Shown in pieces: positions 36,164 to 46,737 of a DNA stretch of 64,000 bases. Made by a program: the position numbers and the translations under genes. The DNA comes from Minisyncoccota bacterium (GTDB lineage Bacteria > Patescibacteriota > Minisyncoccia > Phycocordibacterales > UBA9973), in assembly GCA_041662205.1 (NCBI GenBank), contig JBAZSZ010000001.1:295978-359977 (forward strand). Reading direction: 5' to 3'. The stretch's first letter is position 1, and the number at the start of each line of letters is the position of its first letter. The notes under the pieces were generated by a model, which was not told where the DNA came from, made no database searches, and saw nothing but the letters and a program-made list of their open reading frames with translations.

Positions 36164-38896
36164 TTAAACCGAGGATCTAGATTTTACTCGAATTGAGCTT
36201 TTGACTTTACCTGCCCGTCCTTTGGTGTGGTCTTTTTTGGTTTCTACAGTAATCTCATTATTTTTTTCTGAAACAATGACCGTATCCCCTTTGGAAACTT
36301 TGTTTGAAATTATATAAGATGCAACTGAATTCAAAATCTTATTTTGAATCAAGCGGTTAAGTGGTCTCGCACCATAATGCGGATTATAGCCTTCTTTGGC
36401 TAAATATGAAAGCGCCCCATCAGAAATTTCAAAATTTATTCCTTTAGCTTTCAAGCGATCAACCACAACTTTAATTCGCAAATTAACTATTTCTTTTAGA
36501 GCCTCCTCTGACAAAACATCAAAGACGATAATCTCATCCAGACGATTTAAAAATTCTGGACGAAAATTATCCTTTAGTGCTTCTGTGACTTTTTCTTTCA
36601 TACTGCCGTAATCTTGTTTTTGAGAGTTGTTCGAAAATCCAATTGATTCCATTTTTTCTACGAATTGCGAACCGATATTGGAAGTCAAAATTATAATAGT
36701 ATTTTTAAAATTCACTACTCTTCCTTTGCCATCAGTCAATCTTCCTTCATCAATCACTTGTAAAAGCATATTAAAAACTTCTGGATGAGCTTTTTCAATT
36801 TCATCAAAAAGAATTACCGCATATGGACGATGCCGAACAGCTTCAGTCAATTGACCAGCTTCATCATATCCCACATATCCTGGTGGAGATCCGATAAGCT
36901 TGGACATGGAATGTCTCTCTGTGTATTCAGACATATCCACTCGGATAATAGCGCTCTCATCATTAAACATGAATTGTCCGAGCGCTTTGGTGAGCTCTGT
37001 TTTGCCGACACCAGATGGACCTAGAAAAATAAAAGAACCAATCGGACGATTTGGATCTCCGATACCAGCACGAGAACGGCGAATAACATCTGACACACGT
37101 AGGATTGCAGCGTCCTGACCCACCACTCTCTTTTTTAATTCAACTTCCATTTTTTCAAGTTTTTCACGTTCTTCTTCGAGCATCTTGGTGAGCGGTATCC
37201 CCGTCCAACGAGCTACCACCTCGGCAATGTCTTCAGCGGTAATTTCTTCTTTCAAAATTCTGCGGGATTTTTGTAATTTCTTTAATCGTGCAAGTTTTAT
37301 ATCAAGTTCTTTTTGAAGTGTCGGAATTTTTCCATAACGTAATTCAGCAGCCAAGGTAAGATCTGCTTTCATTTCTGCATCCTCAGCCTCTAGACGAATA
37401 CCCTCAAGATCTTTCTTGATACCTCTGATTTCCAAAACGATTGCTTTTTCATTCTGCCATTTTAATTCTAATTCCTTTGTCTTCTCAGACAAATTTCCTA
37501 TTTCTTTGTCTATTTCTTTAATTCTATTTTTTATTTCATTATTTTTTTCTTGTGCTTTCCCTTTTTCTTTTTCTTCCCCACCAGAAGAGCTGATCTCTTT
37601 CTTTAGAGCTTCTTTTTCAATTTCTAAACGCATTGTTTTTTTATTCGCATCTTCTAAAATTGGTGGCTTATTTTCAAGCATTATCTTTAGGGAAGAAGAA
37701 GCTTCATCAATCAAATCCACTGCTTTGTCTGGTAAAAATCTATTTGTGATATAACGAGAAGAAAGGTTGACTGCAGACACGATAGCATCATCAGTGATTC
37801 TAATACCATGGAAAAGTTCATATCTCTCTTTGAGTCCTCGAAGGATGGTAATTGTATCTTCTATACTTGGCTCGTCAATATAGACAGGCTGAAAACGACG
37901 CGCAAGAGCGGGATCTTTTTCAATATGTTTTTGATATTCTCGCAAGGTTGTGGCGCCGATAGCTCGAAGTTCTCCGCGAGAAAGCGCTGGCTTCAACATA
38001 TTTGAAGCATCCATTGTGCCTTCAGCTCCGCCTGCACCGACTATCGTATGAATCTCGTCAATAAAAAGAATTATTTTTCCAGCAGACCGTTCGATCTCTT
38101 TCATAATACCTTTCAATCTCTCTTCAAACTCTCCACGATATTTTGTACCAGCCACGAGCATTCCTAGATCAAGAGAAACAACTTCTTTGTCTTTTAAAGA
38201 TTCAGGAATATTATTTTTTGCAATCAATTGAGCCAGCCCCTCCACTACCGCAGTTTTGCCAGTCCCCGCCTCACCAATTAAAATAGGATTATTTTTTGTT
38301 CGACGTGAGAGAATCTGCATGATGCGAGTGATTTCATTATCCCGACCAATAACTGGATCTAATTTATCTTCTTTAGCTAGCTTGGTTAAATTACGAGTAT
38401 ACTTCATTAATAATTTAAATTGTTTTGGCGGGGTTACGTCTGTGATATTTTGACTACGAAGTTCTTCTAAAACTTTCAGAACTTGATCTTTGTGAATACG
38501 AAATCTAGCTAAAGTCTCACGCGCCTCACTTGTGACTTCTAAAATTGCGATAAAAAGATGTTCTGTCGAAACAAAATCATCTTTCATAAATTCTGCTAAT
38601 TTAGCCGACTGCTCTATGACTTGGGCTAAATCGGGATTGAGATAAATCTGATACGAAGGTGAAATAGTGCTACGTGTTTCTGGGGCTTCAATTAATTCTA
38701 AAACAGAATCAGTCAAAAGCATTGTATCGATTTCCAATTTATCTAAAATAGAATTCACCATGGATTCCTCCTGTAATAAGAGTGCACCGAGTAAATGCAA
38801 TGACGAAACATGATTCATTCCTCGTTCAATAGCCAGCTCATGGGCTTTTTTGATGGCATCTTTAGCTTTAGTTGTAAATTTATTTAAGGGTGGCAT
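36164..38896 (-). CDS. clpB: Chaperone ClpB (two AAA+ modules with long middle coiled coil)
   Basis: Clp N domain, [15 protein letters not shown] and [15 protein letters not shown] Walker A motifs, 910 aa. Confidence 0.92.
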   Translation of the reverse strand: MPPLNKFTTKAKDAIKKAHELAIERGMNHVSSLHLLGALLLQEESMVNSILDKLEIDTMLLTDSVLELIEAPETRSTISPSYQIYLNPDLAQVIEQSAKLAEFMKDDFVSTEHLFIAILEVTSEARETLARFRIHKDQVLKVLEELRSQNITDVTPPKQFKLLMKYTRNLTKLAKEDKLDPVIGRDNEITRIMQILSRRTKNNPILIGEAGTGKTAVVEGLAQLIAKNNIPESLKDKEVVSLDLGMLVAGTKYRGEFEERLKGIMKEIERSAGKIILFIDEIHTIVGAGGAEGTMDASNMLKPALSRGELRAIGATTLREYQKHIEKDPALARRFQPVYIDEPSIEDTITILRGLKERYELFHGIRITDDAIVSAVNLSSRYITNRFLPDKAVDLIDEASSSLKIMLENKPPILEDANKKTMRLEIEKEALKKEISSSGGEEKEKGKAQEKNNEIKNRIKEIDKEIGNLSEKTKELELKWQNEKAIVLEIRGIKKDLEGIRLEAEDAEMKADLTLAAELRYGKIPTLQKELDIKLARLKKLQKSRRILKEEITAEDIAEVVARWTGIPLTKMLEEEREKLEKMEVELKKRVVGQDAAILRVSDVIRRSRAGIGDPNRPIGSFIFLGPSGVGKTELTKALGQFMFNDESAIIRVDMSEYTERHSMSKLIGSPPGYVGYDEAGQLTEAVRHRPYAVILFDEIEKAHPEVFNMLLQVIDEGRLTDGKGRVVNFKNTIIILTSNIGSQFVEKMESIGFSNNSQKQDYGSMKEKVTEALKDNFRPEFLNRLDEIIVFDVLSEEALKEIVNLRIKVVVDRLKAKGINFEISDGALSYLAKEGYNPHYGARPLNRLIQNKILNSVASYIISNKVSKGDTVIVSEKNNEITVETKKDHTKGRAGKVKSSIRVKSRSSV

Positions 38897-38970
38897 ATAT
38901 ATTTAAATTAGGTTATATATTTTATATTATACACTACCTGTCAAGCGTAAAAAGTTTTATTAAATTTTTT

Positions 38971-39780
38971 TTACGAATTAGTCTCTATCTTTTTTGGATT
39001 TAACGCTTCTAAAGCATTATTGATTGTCTTAATTGAAATAAAGTCTGTCACATCATTGAAGAGAGCAATACCGAGAGCTTCCCCGTTTAGATTAAGAACT
39101 ATTCCCCCAGCATTTGATTTTATAACATTAATATCAACATTTTTATCTCCTTCATAAATAGAAGAAGAAATACTACTACCTAAGACTAAAACTTTTTGCC
39201 CTATTTTCATTTTATCTAAATCTCCAAAAACTGGCACCGTAAAAGCTAATTTGTTTTTCTCATCGAGCGGAGATCCTATTTTAAGAAAAGAAAATCCAGA
39301 CTTGTCAGTAGATACAAAATCTGCTTTAAATTTTCCGCTGTCATTTTTTACAAAATAAATTCCTTTATCAAAAACAAAAAATGCATCAGCGACAATAATT
39401 CCATCACTAGAAATTGCGAATCCTCTTCCAGCTCCTATCTCAATAGTTTTAAACTCTGCATCCTGTGATTCTTTCGTAATAGAAAACACTGCCGATTTAT
39501 TTTTAGCAATTGCATCCACGACTAGGTCTTCTTCTTTGATGATCACTGTCTTTACTGTAGTTTTTCCTTCAACCTGCTCTATTTTTTCAATTGTTTGCTG
39601 AACAATTCGGTTAATAGGAGTAGTAACAGAAGCTGGCGCTTGTTGCATCAAAGTCACCGTCGTTATCCCTGTCGCAATAGAAGTGACAAAGCTAAGCAAG
39701 ACAGCGAGCAAGATAAGTTGTGTTTTATTTAATTCCTTTATATCCATATTCTTATCATACCATTTTTTTAGTTTAGTCAA
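38971..39780 (-). CDS. Membrane-anchored trypsin-fold (HtrA-like) pseudo-protease; catalytic triad substituted
   Basis: N-terminal TM; GRGFAISSDGIIVADAFFV (His to Phe), INVIKSNAGGIVLNLNGEALGI (GNSGG to SNAGG). Confidence 0.55.
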   Translation of the reverse strand: MTKLKKWYDKNMDIKELNKTQLILLAVLLSFVTSIATGITTVTLMQQAPASVTTPINRIVQQTIEKIEQVEGKTTVKTVIIKEEDLVVDAIAKNKSAVFSITKESQDAEFKTIEIGAGRGFAISSDGIIVADAFFVFDKGIYFVKNDSGKFKADFVSTDKSGFSFLKIGSPLDEKNKLAFTVPVFGDLDKMKIGQKVLVLGSSISSSIYEGDKNVDINVIKSNAGGIVLNLNGEALGIALFNDVTDFISIKTINNALEALNPKKIETNS

Positions 39781-39853
39781 AATATAAAAAAGACAAAGTA
39801 AAAAACCGTTCCTCAGACGGCTTTTACGTTCTGATGAAACGGTTTTGATAATA

Positions 39854-40333
39854 TCAAGCTTTTGTTGGAATAAAAACGCGACAACTATCGTACACCTTAC
39901 TGTGATCTAACGAATACACAGTAAGGGACAAATCTAATATCCAATTTTTTTCTACGATTACTTCTGCAAAAGCGAGTATCCCATTTTTTTTCTTGAATAA
40001 AAATAGGTTTGCCCCGCTCAAAAGAAGCAGGGTTCTTTTTTTACGGCACAGATCCACAATCTGCGCCTCCGTCCAACAAAGACTCTTTGGGTCCTTTTTG
40101 AACTCTGCAAAAAAATGCAGAGGTGCTCCTACCCCTACACTTTGATACACCCCTATCTTTGTTTTTTTAGTGGGCTCACAGCCCACTATCTCTTCCGCGC
40201 CGATAATTCTGGCGCGAAAAACATCTACGGCTTTTGCCAGAGTTTCCTTTCCGTTTAATTCTTCGAGCTCAAAAGTAAAGCTTGAATATATTCTAACTAA
40301 ACGGATTACCTTTTCCTTTTCATTTTTCTTCAT
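39854..40333 (-). CDS. Hypothetical protein
   Basis: 159 aa ORF, no recognisable motif. Confidence 0.35.
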   Translation of the reverse strand: MKKNEKEKVIRLVRIYSSFTFELEELNGKETLAKAVDVFRARIIGAEEIVGCEPTKKTKIGVYQSVGVGAPLHFFAEFKKDPKSLCWTEAQIVDLCRKKRTLLLLSGANLFLFKKKNGILAFAEVIVEKNWILDLSLTVYSLDHSKVYDSCRVFIPTKA

Positions 40334-40394
40334 ATTTCCCCCCTTTTTATTTTGACAAAGATTTTTTTATTTATACATCTAATAGAACTTTATG

Positions 40395-41606
40395 TCAATA
40401 CCACTTTTTTAGTTTCATTAAAATTTTATCTAAAACTTTTATCGTATAATCAATATCTTTTTTAGTGGTATCTCTACCCAAAGAAAAACGTACTCCGCCA
40501 ATTTCATCATTATTACGAATTGCTTTGATGACATACGAGCCTCCACTCTCCCCGCTCTTGCAAGCACTCTTGGCTGATGCCATTATTCCCTTCTCGGAAA
40601 GCTCAATCACTAAAAGATCACTAGGAATATTAGGAAATGTTATATTTACATTATTTGGTAATCTATTTTTCAAATCACCATTTACTACAAAATTAAAATC
40701 AAAATTTTCGAGATGGTCTGGACCCAAGCCAAGGACCCGAGAAAATTTTAGATTTTTATTTTGTAACTCTTTTAAAAAATAATCACGAAGTTTTTCTAAA
40801 CGTTTACTTTCTTTTTCTTTTATTTTTTGTGTAGTTTTTAATGCAAGAGAAAATTTCAAAATCTCCGGCAAATTTTCTGTACCCGGACGAACTCCCCCTT
40901 CTTGGTCTCCTCCACCGAACACTTTCGCGAGCTTTACTGTTTTCTTTTTATAAAGAACTCCAACTTTACTGGCCCCTTCTATCTTTGAACCAGAAAGTGA
41001 AAGCAAATCCACTCCGAGTTTTTCTACATTTAAATCCAGATAATTCACTGCCTGCACTGCGTCGGTGTGAAATAAAGGAAAGGAAAAATTTTCTGACCTA
41101 ATTTTCTTAAAATGTCGAATTTCTTTGGCAATTTCTTTTATTGGTTGAATCGTGCCGATTTCATTATTCGCGTACATTACTGAAACAAGTACTGTATTTT
41201 TTTTAATTTCTTTTTTTATTTTCTTTGGATCCACTATTCCATTTGCTTCTACTGGTACGATTGTTATTTCTACTAATTTTCTTTTTGCCAATAATTTATA
41301 AGTCTCTAGCACTGATGGATGTTCTATATTAGTAGTTATAATATGTGGTAAAATTTTTCCTTGCCAATTTAGCACCACTCCTTGAATTGCGAGATTATTA
41401 CTCTCCGTACCACCACTCGTAAAAATAATTTCTTCCGGCCGAGCACTCAAAATATCAGCGACTTCCCTACGCGCAATTTGAAGTTTCGTTTTTACCTCTA
41501 CTCCAGCCCTATGCACAGAACTAGGATTGGCTGATGCACTCGCAGCATAATCAAAATATACGTATTTATTTAGTTTTTTATTTAAACCGTTATTTGATTT
41601 AGGCAT
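40395..41606 (-). CDS. Cysteine desulfurase (class V aminotransferase, NifS/IscS-like); start set at internal ATG MPKSNNG
   Basis: FDYAASA..., SxSGHK-like SLSGSKIEGASKVGVLY PLP-lysine region. Confidence 0.85.
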   Translation of the reverse strand: MPKSNNGLNKKLNKYVYFDYAASASANPSSVHRAGVEVKTKLQIARREVADILSARPEEIIFTSGGTESNNLAIQGVVLNWQGKILPHIITTNIEHPSVLETYKLLAKRKLVEITIVPVEANGIVDPKKIKKEIKKNTVLVSVMYANNEIGTIQPIKEIAKEIRHFKKIRSENFSFPLFHTDAVQAVNYLDLNVEKLGVDLLSLSGSKIEGASKVGVLYKKKTVKLAKVFGGGDQEGGVRPGTENLPEILKFSLALKTTQKIKEKESKRLEKLRDYFLKELQNKNLKFSRVLGLGPDHLENFDFNFVVNGDLKNRLPNNVNITFPNIPSDLLVIELSEKGIMASAKSACKSGESGGSYVIKAIRNNDEIGGVRFSLGRDTTKKDIDYTIKVLDKILMKLKKWY

Positions 41607-41630
41607 AAAAATAGTATATATTGAAATTAC

Positions 41631-42089
41631 ATGAACACAAAGCTTCAAATTGTTTTTTTTATTTTCACTGGACTCATCCTTCTACTTGGTGCCATTTGGA
41701 TCATCATTACCGAAAAACGTTTAAAGAGGTTTTTTCTTGGTAAAAAAGCAAAGGATTTGGAAGACACTCTCATTACACTCGAAAACAATATCACTGAATT
41801 AAACAAGGCTAGAGATATCATCCAAAAAGACATTACCATAATAAATGACAAACTGAAAAAAAGTATTCGAGGACTTGAAACCATGCGCTTCAATCCTTTT
41901 CCTGATCAAGGTAGCAATCAAAGTTTTGCCATTGGAATGTTAAACGAAGAAAACGATGGCTTAGTAATTTCAAGTTTATATTCTCGAGAACGAATGAGTG
42001 TCTTTGCCAAACCTATCAAAAATGGGAAATCAGAATACGAACTCACCGCTGAAGAAAAAGAAGTTTTGAAAAAAATTCAGATTAATTAA
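41631..42089 (+). CDS. DUF4446-like membrane-anchored protein
   Basis: N-terminal TM, RFNPFPDQGSNQSFAIGMLNEENDGLVISSLYSRE pattern. Confidence 0.5.
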   Translation: MNTKLQIVFFIFTGLILLLGAIWIIITEKRLKRFFLGKKAKDLEDTLITLENNITELNKARDIIQKDITIINDKLKKSIRGLETMRFNPFPDQGSNQSFAIGMLNEENDGLVISSLYSRERMSVFAKPIKNGKSEYELTAEEKEVLKKIQIN

Positions 42090-42095
42090 AATAAA

Positions 42096-43610
42096 ATGCC
42101 AGAAAACAAAAACAATAAAATAACAGAGCGTCCGCCAGTCGTAGTGGTCATGGGTCATATTGACCATGGCAAATCAACCTTGCTTGACTACATAAGAAAA
42201 ACGAATATCACCGAAAAAGAAACTGGGGGAATAACTCAAAAAATTTCCGCTTATGAAGTTATTCATCAAAATAAAAAAATAACTTTCTTAGATACTCCCG
42301 GGCACGAAGCTTTTTCAAAAATGCGCGAGCGTGGTGCCAAGATAGCCGACATTGCTATTTTAGTCGTCTCAGCTGAGGATGGAGTAAAACCTCAAACAAT
42401 CGAAGCATGGAAAACTATCGTAGAATCAAATACCCCATGCATCGTCGCGATAAATAAAATAGACAAGCCAGCAGCCGACACAGAAAAAACAAAAAAAGAA
42501 TTAGCAGAAAATGAAATCTATTTAGAAAATTATGGAGGTAAAATTCCTTTTGTAGAAATTTCCGCGAAAGTTGGCACTGGAGTAGATGACTTGCTCTCCC
42601 TCATTTTAATTCTTGCAGAAATGGAAAATTTTACAGGAGATAGCTCCCTGCCTGCTTCTGGTTTTGTAATTGAAGTAAATTTGGATTCTAAGCGTGGAAT
42701 ACTAGCGACCTTGATTATCAAAAATGGAACCATGGAAAATGGAATGACCGTAACAGTTAGAGATGCTATATGTTCTGCACGCATCATTGAAAACTTTTTG
42801 GGAAAAACAATCAATGAAGCCACTTTCTCTTCCCCTGTTCGAGTAGTCGGTTTTGATAAGATGCCTAAAGTTGGTGCGCAATTCAAAACTTTTCAAAAAA
42901 AATCAGATGCCATAAAATATATAGAGGAATTACCCCCCCACCCTACGAACACTGCCTTTTCTCAAGGAGGAGAAATTGGAAACAAAAAAATAATACCGAT
43001 AATATTAAAAGCTGATGTCTCCGGCTCGATCGAAGCAATAGAAAAAGAAATTTCTAAAATAAATTCTAAACTTGGCGCCACTGCAAGTAAAAATGCTGAA
43101 TTTAAAATTGTCGGAAAAGGTATCGGACCTATTTCAGAATCTGACATAAAAGGAGTCTCCTCAGGTATAGATGCTATCGTCATAGGATTCAATGTAAAAG
43201 CTGATAAAAGCGCCATCAATACCGCTCAAAATAGAGGCGTCACAATTTCTTTCTTTGATATTATTTATAAAATGACAGAATGGCTAGAAATACAAATGGA
43301 AGAAAGAAGACCTAAAGTTGAAACCCTAGAAACAACCGGTCGCGCAAAAATCATTCGAGCTTTTAGTAAAACTAAAGAACGCCAAATATTAGGTGGCAAA
43401 GTCATAGAAGGACAAATCAATCTAAGCAGCACTATTAGAATAATGCGTCGAGAATTTGAAATTGGCCGAGCTAAAATAGTCAATCTAGAAAAAAATAAAA
43501 TAAAAACGAGTGAAATCCCTGAAGGCTCTGAATTTGGAATGATGATTGAGTCAAAAATAGAAGTGGTCGCTGGAGATATATTAGAATCTTTTTCAATAAC
43601 CCAAAAATGA
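42096..43610 (+). CDS. infB: Translation initiation factor IF-2 (short form, G-domain onward)
   Basis: [33 protein letters not shown]. Confidence 0.92.
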   Translation: MPENKNNKITERPPVVVVMGHIDHGKSTLLDYIRKTNITEKETGGITQKISAYEVIHQNKKITFLDTPGHEAFSKMRERGAKIADIAILVVSAEDGVKPQTIEAWKTIVESNTPCIVAINKIDKPAADTEKTKKELAENEIYLENYGGKIPFVEISAKVGTGVDDLLSLILILAEMENFTGDSSLPASGFVIEVNLDSKRGILATLIIKNGTMENGMTVTVRDAICSARIIENFLGKTINEATFSSPVRVVGFDKMPKVGAQFKTFQKKSDAIKYIEELPPHPTNTAFSQGGEIGNKKIIPIILKADVSGSIEAIEKEISKINSKLGATASKNAEFKIVGKGIGPISESDIKGVSSGIDAIVIGFNVKADKSAINTAQNRGVTISFFDIIYKMTEWLEIQMEERRPKVETLETTGRAKIIRAFSKTKERQILGGKVIEGQINLSSTIRIMRREFEIGRAKIVNLEKNKIKTSEIPEGSEFGMMIESKIEVVAGDILESFSITQK

Positions 43611-43933
43611 CAACTCAAAGAAATGAAAAAGTAGCGAAAGAGATAAAAGAACTCTCCGCTCAATTTTTAGGACGAGAAAATAATAGAACTTCATTGATCA
43701 CCGTCACAGGAGCCTCTACTTCCCCTGACTTCAAAAGAGCCACTATCTTCATCACAGTACTTCCAAACTCAAAAGAAAAGTCTGCTTTGGATTTTGTAAA
43801 ACGAAGACTCAAAGATTTACGAGAATATTTGAAAAAAAATATGCCGATAAAAATAATCCCTTTCCTTGATGTAGCCATAGACCTAGGAGAAAAAAATCGA
43901 CAGAAAATTGACGAACTGCTGCGAAAAAACTAA
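43607..43933 (+). CDS. rbfA: Ribosome-binding factor A
   Basis: KH-like RbfA pattern ..ITVTGASTSPDFKRATIFITVL...; position after infB. Confidence 0.85.
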   Translation: MTTQRNEKVAKEIKELSAQFLGRENNRTSLITVTGASTSPDFKRATIFITVLPNSKEKSALDFVKRRLKDLREYLKKNMPIKIIPFLDVAIDLGEKNRQKIDELLRKN

Positions 43934-43936
43934 AAG

Positions 43937-44008
43937 AGGCCTGGGGCGGAATCGAACCGCCGTATATTCCTTTTGCAGAGGAATGCCTTACCACTTGGCT
44001 ACCAGGCC
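43937..44008 (-). tRNA. tRNA-Cys (GCA)
   Basis: acceptor GGCCTGG/CCAGGCC, anticodon loop CTGCAAA, T-loop TTCGATT. Confidence 0.85.
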
Positions 44009-44046
44009 GAAATTTATTTACTAAATTTAAATAACTTAAAAACTTG

Positions 44047-44128
44047 TGCCGGGAGGGAGACTCGAACTCCCAAGGGTTGCCCCACTAGTTCCTAAGACTA
44101 GCGCGTATACCAATTCCGCCATCCCGGC
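44047..44128 (-). tRNA. tRNA-Leu (TAG), class II
   Basis: GCCGGGATGGCGGAATTGGTA..., anticodon stem CTAGT/ACTAG loop CTTAGGA, long variable arm. Confidence 0.8.
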
Positions 44129-44131
44129 ATG

Positions 44132-44204
44132 TGCGCCCTGAAGGGATCGAACCTTCGACCTTATCCTTAAGAGGGATCTGCTCTACCAGCTGAGCTAAGG
44201 GCGC
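44132..44204 (-). tRNA. tRNA-Lys (CTT)
   Basis: GCGCCCTTAGCTCAGCTGGTAGAGC..., anticodon loop CTCTTAA, T-loop TTCGATC. Confidence 0.75.
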
Positions 44205-44230
44205 AAAATTTTATTTTAAAAAACTCCTCT

Positions 44231-44313
44231 GTGCCCGAGGTGGGAATCGAACCCACATCCCTTGCGAGACACGATTTTAAGTCGTGCGCGTATACCGGTT
44301 CCGCCACTCGGGC
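44231..44313 (-). tRNA. tRNA-Leu (TAA), class II
   Basis: GCCCGAGTGGCGGAACCGGTA..., anticodon stem CACGA/TCGTG loop CTTAAAA. Confidence 0.8.
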
Positions 44314-44387
44314 AACAAAATCAATTATAAGTAAAAAATGATTAAATAACAAGCTTTTTAGGTATATTCTCACACAATATAACATAC

Positions 44388-44416
44388 TTGACATTTTTAT
44401 TCATAAGTGCTATACT
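44388..44416 (+). promoter_or_regulatory. Sigma-70-like promoter TTGACA-N17-TATACT; predicted TSS 1-3 nt before ATG 44425 (leaderless mRNA)
   Basis: consensus -35 and -10 with 17-nt spacer, seen directly. Confidence 0.5.
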
Positions 44417-44424
44417 GTGTTTGT

Positions 44425-45093
44425 ATGAATAAAATAAACAACAACAAAATAATTTTAAGTTTGAAAGTATTATCTTTATTAGCGTTTTGCTTGTTACTTA
44501 TTCCAGCAAAGGTTTTTGCCACTCCTGGCTATGTTGATAATCCAACACCCTATATTTCATCCATTACTCCAAATTCTATTAATAACCTAGGATCAAATAT
44601 GGTTATCACTATAACGGGAAATGGATTTATTCCAAGTTCAATTGTTAGAATCAATGGTTCCGACAGAACGGCAACTTTTATAGATTCCACTCATATTTTG
44701 GTTAGAATAAATTCAAATGACATATCTGACACTGATGGATTCTACATTAATGTCTTTAATGGATTCCCTGGTGGAGGATATTCTAATGCAGAATTCTTTA
44801 CAGTAAATAAAAATAATTCCACTACTATAACTAGCACCACTACAAACACAGAAAATAACATCAACAATAACAATACTTATTCAAATACCAACCAAACACA
44901 AAATACAACTACTAAAAATTCAAATTTCAACAACCTTGCTTCCACCGCCATCTTCGGATCAAACAGCTTCTTCCCTTCCGGCCTAATTCAGTGGATACTA
45001 TTTGCTATAATAATCTTGCTTATCATTATTTTAGCTAGAAGAATTTTCGGGGCTCACGCAAAATACAATGAAGCACCGATGAAAAGTCCGTAA
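44425..45093 (+). CDS. Cell-surface protein: signal peptide, IPT/TIG-like Ig domain, N/T-rich linker, C-terminal TM anchor
   Basis: SLLAFCLLLIPAKVFA signal; ISSITPNS..VITITGNGFIPSSIVRINGSDRTATFIDSTHILVRI IPT-like; C-terminal WILFAIIILLIIILARR. Confidence 0.6.
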   Translation: MNKINNNKIILSLKVLSLLAFCLLLIPAKVFATPGYVDNPTPYISSITPNSINNLGSNMVITITGNGFIPSSIVRINGSDRTATFIDSTHILVRINSNDISDTDGFYINVFNGFPGGGYSNAEFFTVNKNNSTTITSTTTNTENNINNNNTYSNTNQTQNTTTKNSNFNNLASTAIFGSNSFFPSGLIQWILFAIIILLIIILARRIFGAHAKYNEAPMKSP

Positions 45094-45126
45094 AAATAAT
45101 TATAAAATAAAGAAAATTCATAAAAA

Positions 45127-45153
45127 GTCAGCCCCAAAAGGGGTTGACTTTTT
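45127..45153 (+). terminator. Intrinsic terminator GTCAGCCCC-AAAA-GGGGTTGAC followed by T5
   Basis: 9-bp stem (one G-U) plus T-run, 34 nt after stop of surface-protein gene. Confidence 0.65.
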
Positions 45154-45172
45154 AGTTTTTATGTGATACTAT
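45144..45172 (+). promoter_or_regulatory. Candidate promoter TTGACT-N17-TACTAT overlapping terminator descending arm, upstream of SPFH gene
   Basis: seen in sequence. Confidence 0.35.
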
Positions 45173-45296
45173 ACATGGATAGTCTGTCCCTTGAAAACAA
45201 AAAAATACGGAGGAATTCTCTCCGCTAGAATATAAAATAGAAGGGCTTCCCTTTTATAAAAAATTGTGGGTTAAAAAAAAGAAAAAGGAGAAAGTC

Positions 45297-46238
45297 ATGG
45301 AAAACGAAGAAAGAGAAATAGAAAAAAACGAAAACAGAGAAGAGGGAAAAGGAAACAAGAGAGAACAAAAAAATTCTACTCTCGATGTTGTACTAGCGGT
45401 CTCGTTCGTCGGATTCACAATCGCTGGCGGAATTTTTGGAATCAGAATTGGTTTTGCTGGATCTTGGCTCGCTATGTTTATCCTCCTGCTTCTGGGGGGG
45501 ATTATTCTGGCTTTAAGTCTTAAAAAAATTAAAGTCGGGCATCGCGCCCAATATTTATTTTTAGGACGAAGAATACAATACTTCGTGAAAGAGGGCTTAC
45601 ATGTAGTTTTGTGGCCTTTTTTCACAATCAAGGAGATAGATTGTCGTGCAAAGACAACTACCTTGAATGAGGAGAACATATTCACCTCTGATAACGTGGA
45701 GGTGAAATTAGAAAAGCCTTCTATCGTGTCAAAAATTGTGGATTTAAATAAGTATCAAGATCTGGATCCCGAAAACCTACCGGGGCTTCTTGATGATGTA
45801 GTGGATGAAAATGTCCGCTATAAAATAAGAAACGCCCCTTTGGAAAAAGTCCTCGGAATGAGATTTAGTATCGACGAAGAAGACATTAAACACGGTCTCG
45901 GTAACTGGGGCATAAGCATTGTAAGAATTATTGTGCCGGATGTTGTGCCGGTCAATAAGGATTTCATTGAAGCCCAAGAATTGAAAACGAAAGAAAGTCT
46001 TCAGCGTGAAGGACAAAGAGTTCAGGCTAGACATCATGCTGACCTGATCAAGTTCTTCTCTGGAAGTGAACAACTCGGAGAAGAAGGTCCTTCAGGACCT
46101 GAGTTAAGCCCAGAGCTAGCGTATGAAGCTGCTTTAATCCATATGGATAAAGCAGAAAAGAAAAAACTAGCGTCAAATAATTTTGGCCTTGACGCCACCA
46201 CAGTAGATGCCATCGCAAAAGCGGTAATAAGGAGGTAG
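45297..46238 (+). CDS. SPFH/Band-7 (stomatin/prohibitin-like) membrane protein; start set at ATG preceded by AAGGAG
   Basis: N-terminal TM followed by SPFH-domain-like HVVLWPFFTIKEIDCRAKTTTL..VEVKLE.. Confidence 0.6.
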   Translation: MENEEREIEKNENREEGKGNKREQKNSTLDVVLAVSFVGFTIAGGIFGIRIGFAGSWLAMFILLLLGGIILALSLKKIKVGHRAQYLFLGRRIQYFVKEGLHVVLWPFFTIKEIDCRAKTTTLNEENIFTSDNVEVKLEKPSIVSKIVDLNKYQDLDPENLPGLLDDVVDENVRYKIRNAPLEKVLGMRFSIDEEDIKHGLGNWGISIVRIIVPDVVPVNKDFIEAQELKTKESLQREGQRVQARHHADLIKFFSGSEQLGEEGPSGPELSPELAYEAALIHMDKAEKKKLASNNFGLDATTVDAIAKAVIRR

Positions 46239-46240
46239 TA

Positions 46241-46648
46241 ATGATAAAAAGAACTGTGTTTTTAATATCTCTAGCCCTTATCTTAATATTTGGGGTGGTC
46301 TGGGGTTCACATTGGGCAACAAAATGGTACGAAAAAAAAGAAACAAAAAAGGTAGAAGGGTTAAAAGCGAAGGAACTCACTAAAACTCAGCCACCGGCAA
46401 CAATCAACAGCAAAGGAGGAAAACACAAAACACTGCTTGTCTTCCTACCTAATGGGTGTATTGCAAAACACCTTCAGGGAAGGTGGGAAAGATATCCCAA
46501 AGGAGGAAAGATAAAATTCCTTGACTCTAATGGGAAAGTGGTTTTGATTGATGAGCCAGGTACTTATGTACCCTCATCATTGCCTGCAGGAGAATACAAA
46601 ATCTGCAAAGCAAGTCCCGAAGCATGGGGCGTTGAGATCTGGGAGTAA
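46241..46648 (+). CDS. Membrane-anchored small protein co-transcribed with SPFH gene (possible NfeD-like partner)
   Basis: N-terminal TM, 135 aa, start 3 nt after SPFH stop. Confidence 0.4.
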   Translation: MIKRTVFLISLALILIFGVVWGSHWATKWYEKKETKKVEGLKAKELTKTQPPATINSKGGKHKTLLVFLPNGCIAKHLQGRWERYPKGGKIKFLDSNGKVVLIDEPGTYVPSSLPAGEYKICKASPEAWGVEIWE

Positions 46649-46685
46649 TGGCCAATATCGTGTCTGGCCAACACAAAACAAAAAA

Positions 46686-46721
46686 AGGGCAGACTCGTGT
46701 TTTACACACAGTCTGCCCTTT
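46686..46721. terminator. Bidirectional intrinsic terminator (GGGCAGACT...AGTCTGCCC) between convergent genes
   Basis: 9-bp perfect stem, A-run 5' and T-run 3'. Confidence 0.7.
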
Positions 46722-46737
46722 CTCATTTTTACTTTTT

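Noticed and set aside
44167-44394. 75-aa minus-strand ORF overlapping the tRNA-Lys/tRNA-Leu genes
   Set aside because: Entirely explained by the tRNA genes. GC-rich tRNA sequence creates a spurious open frame.
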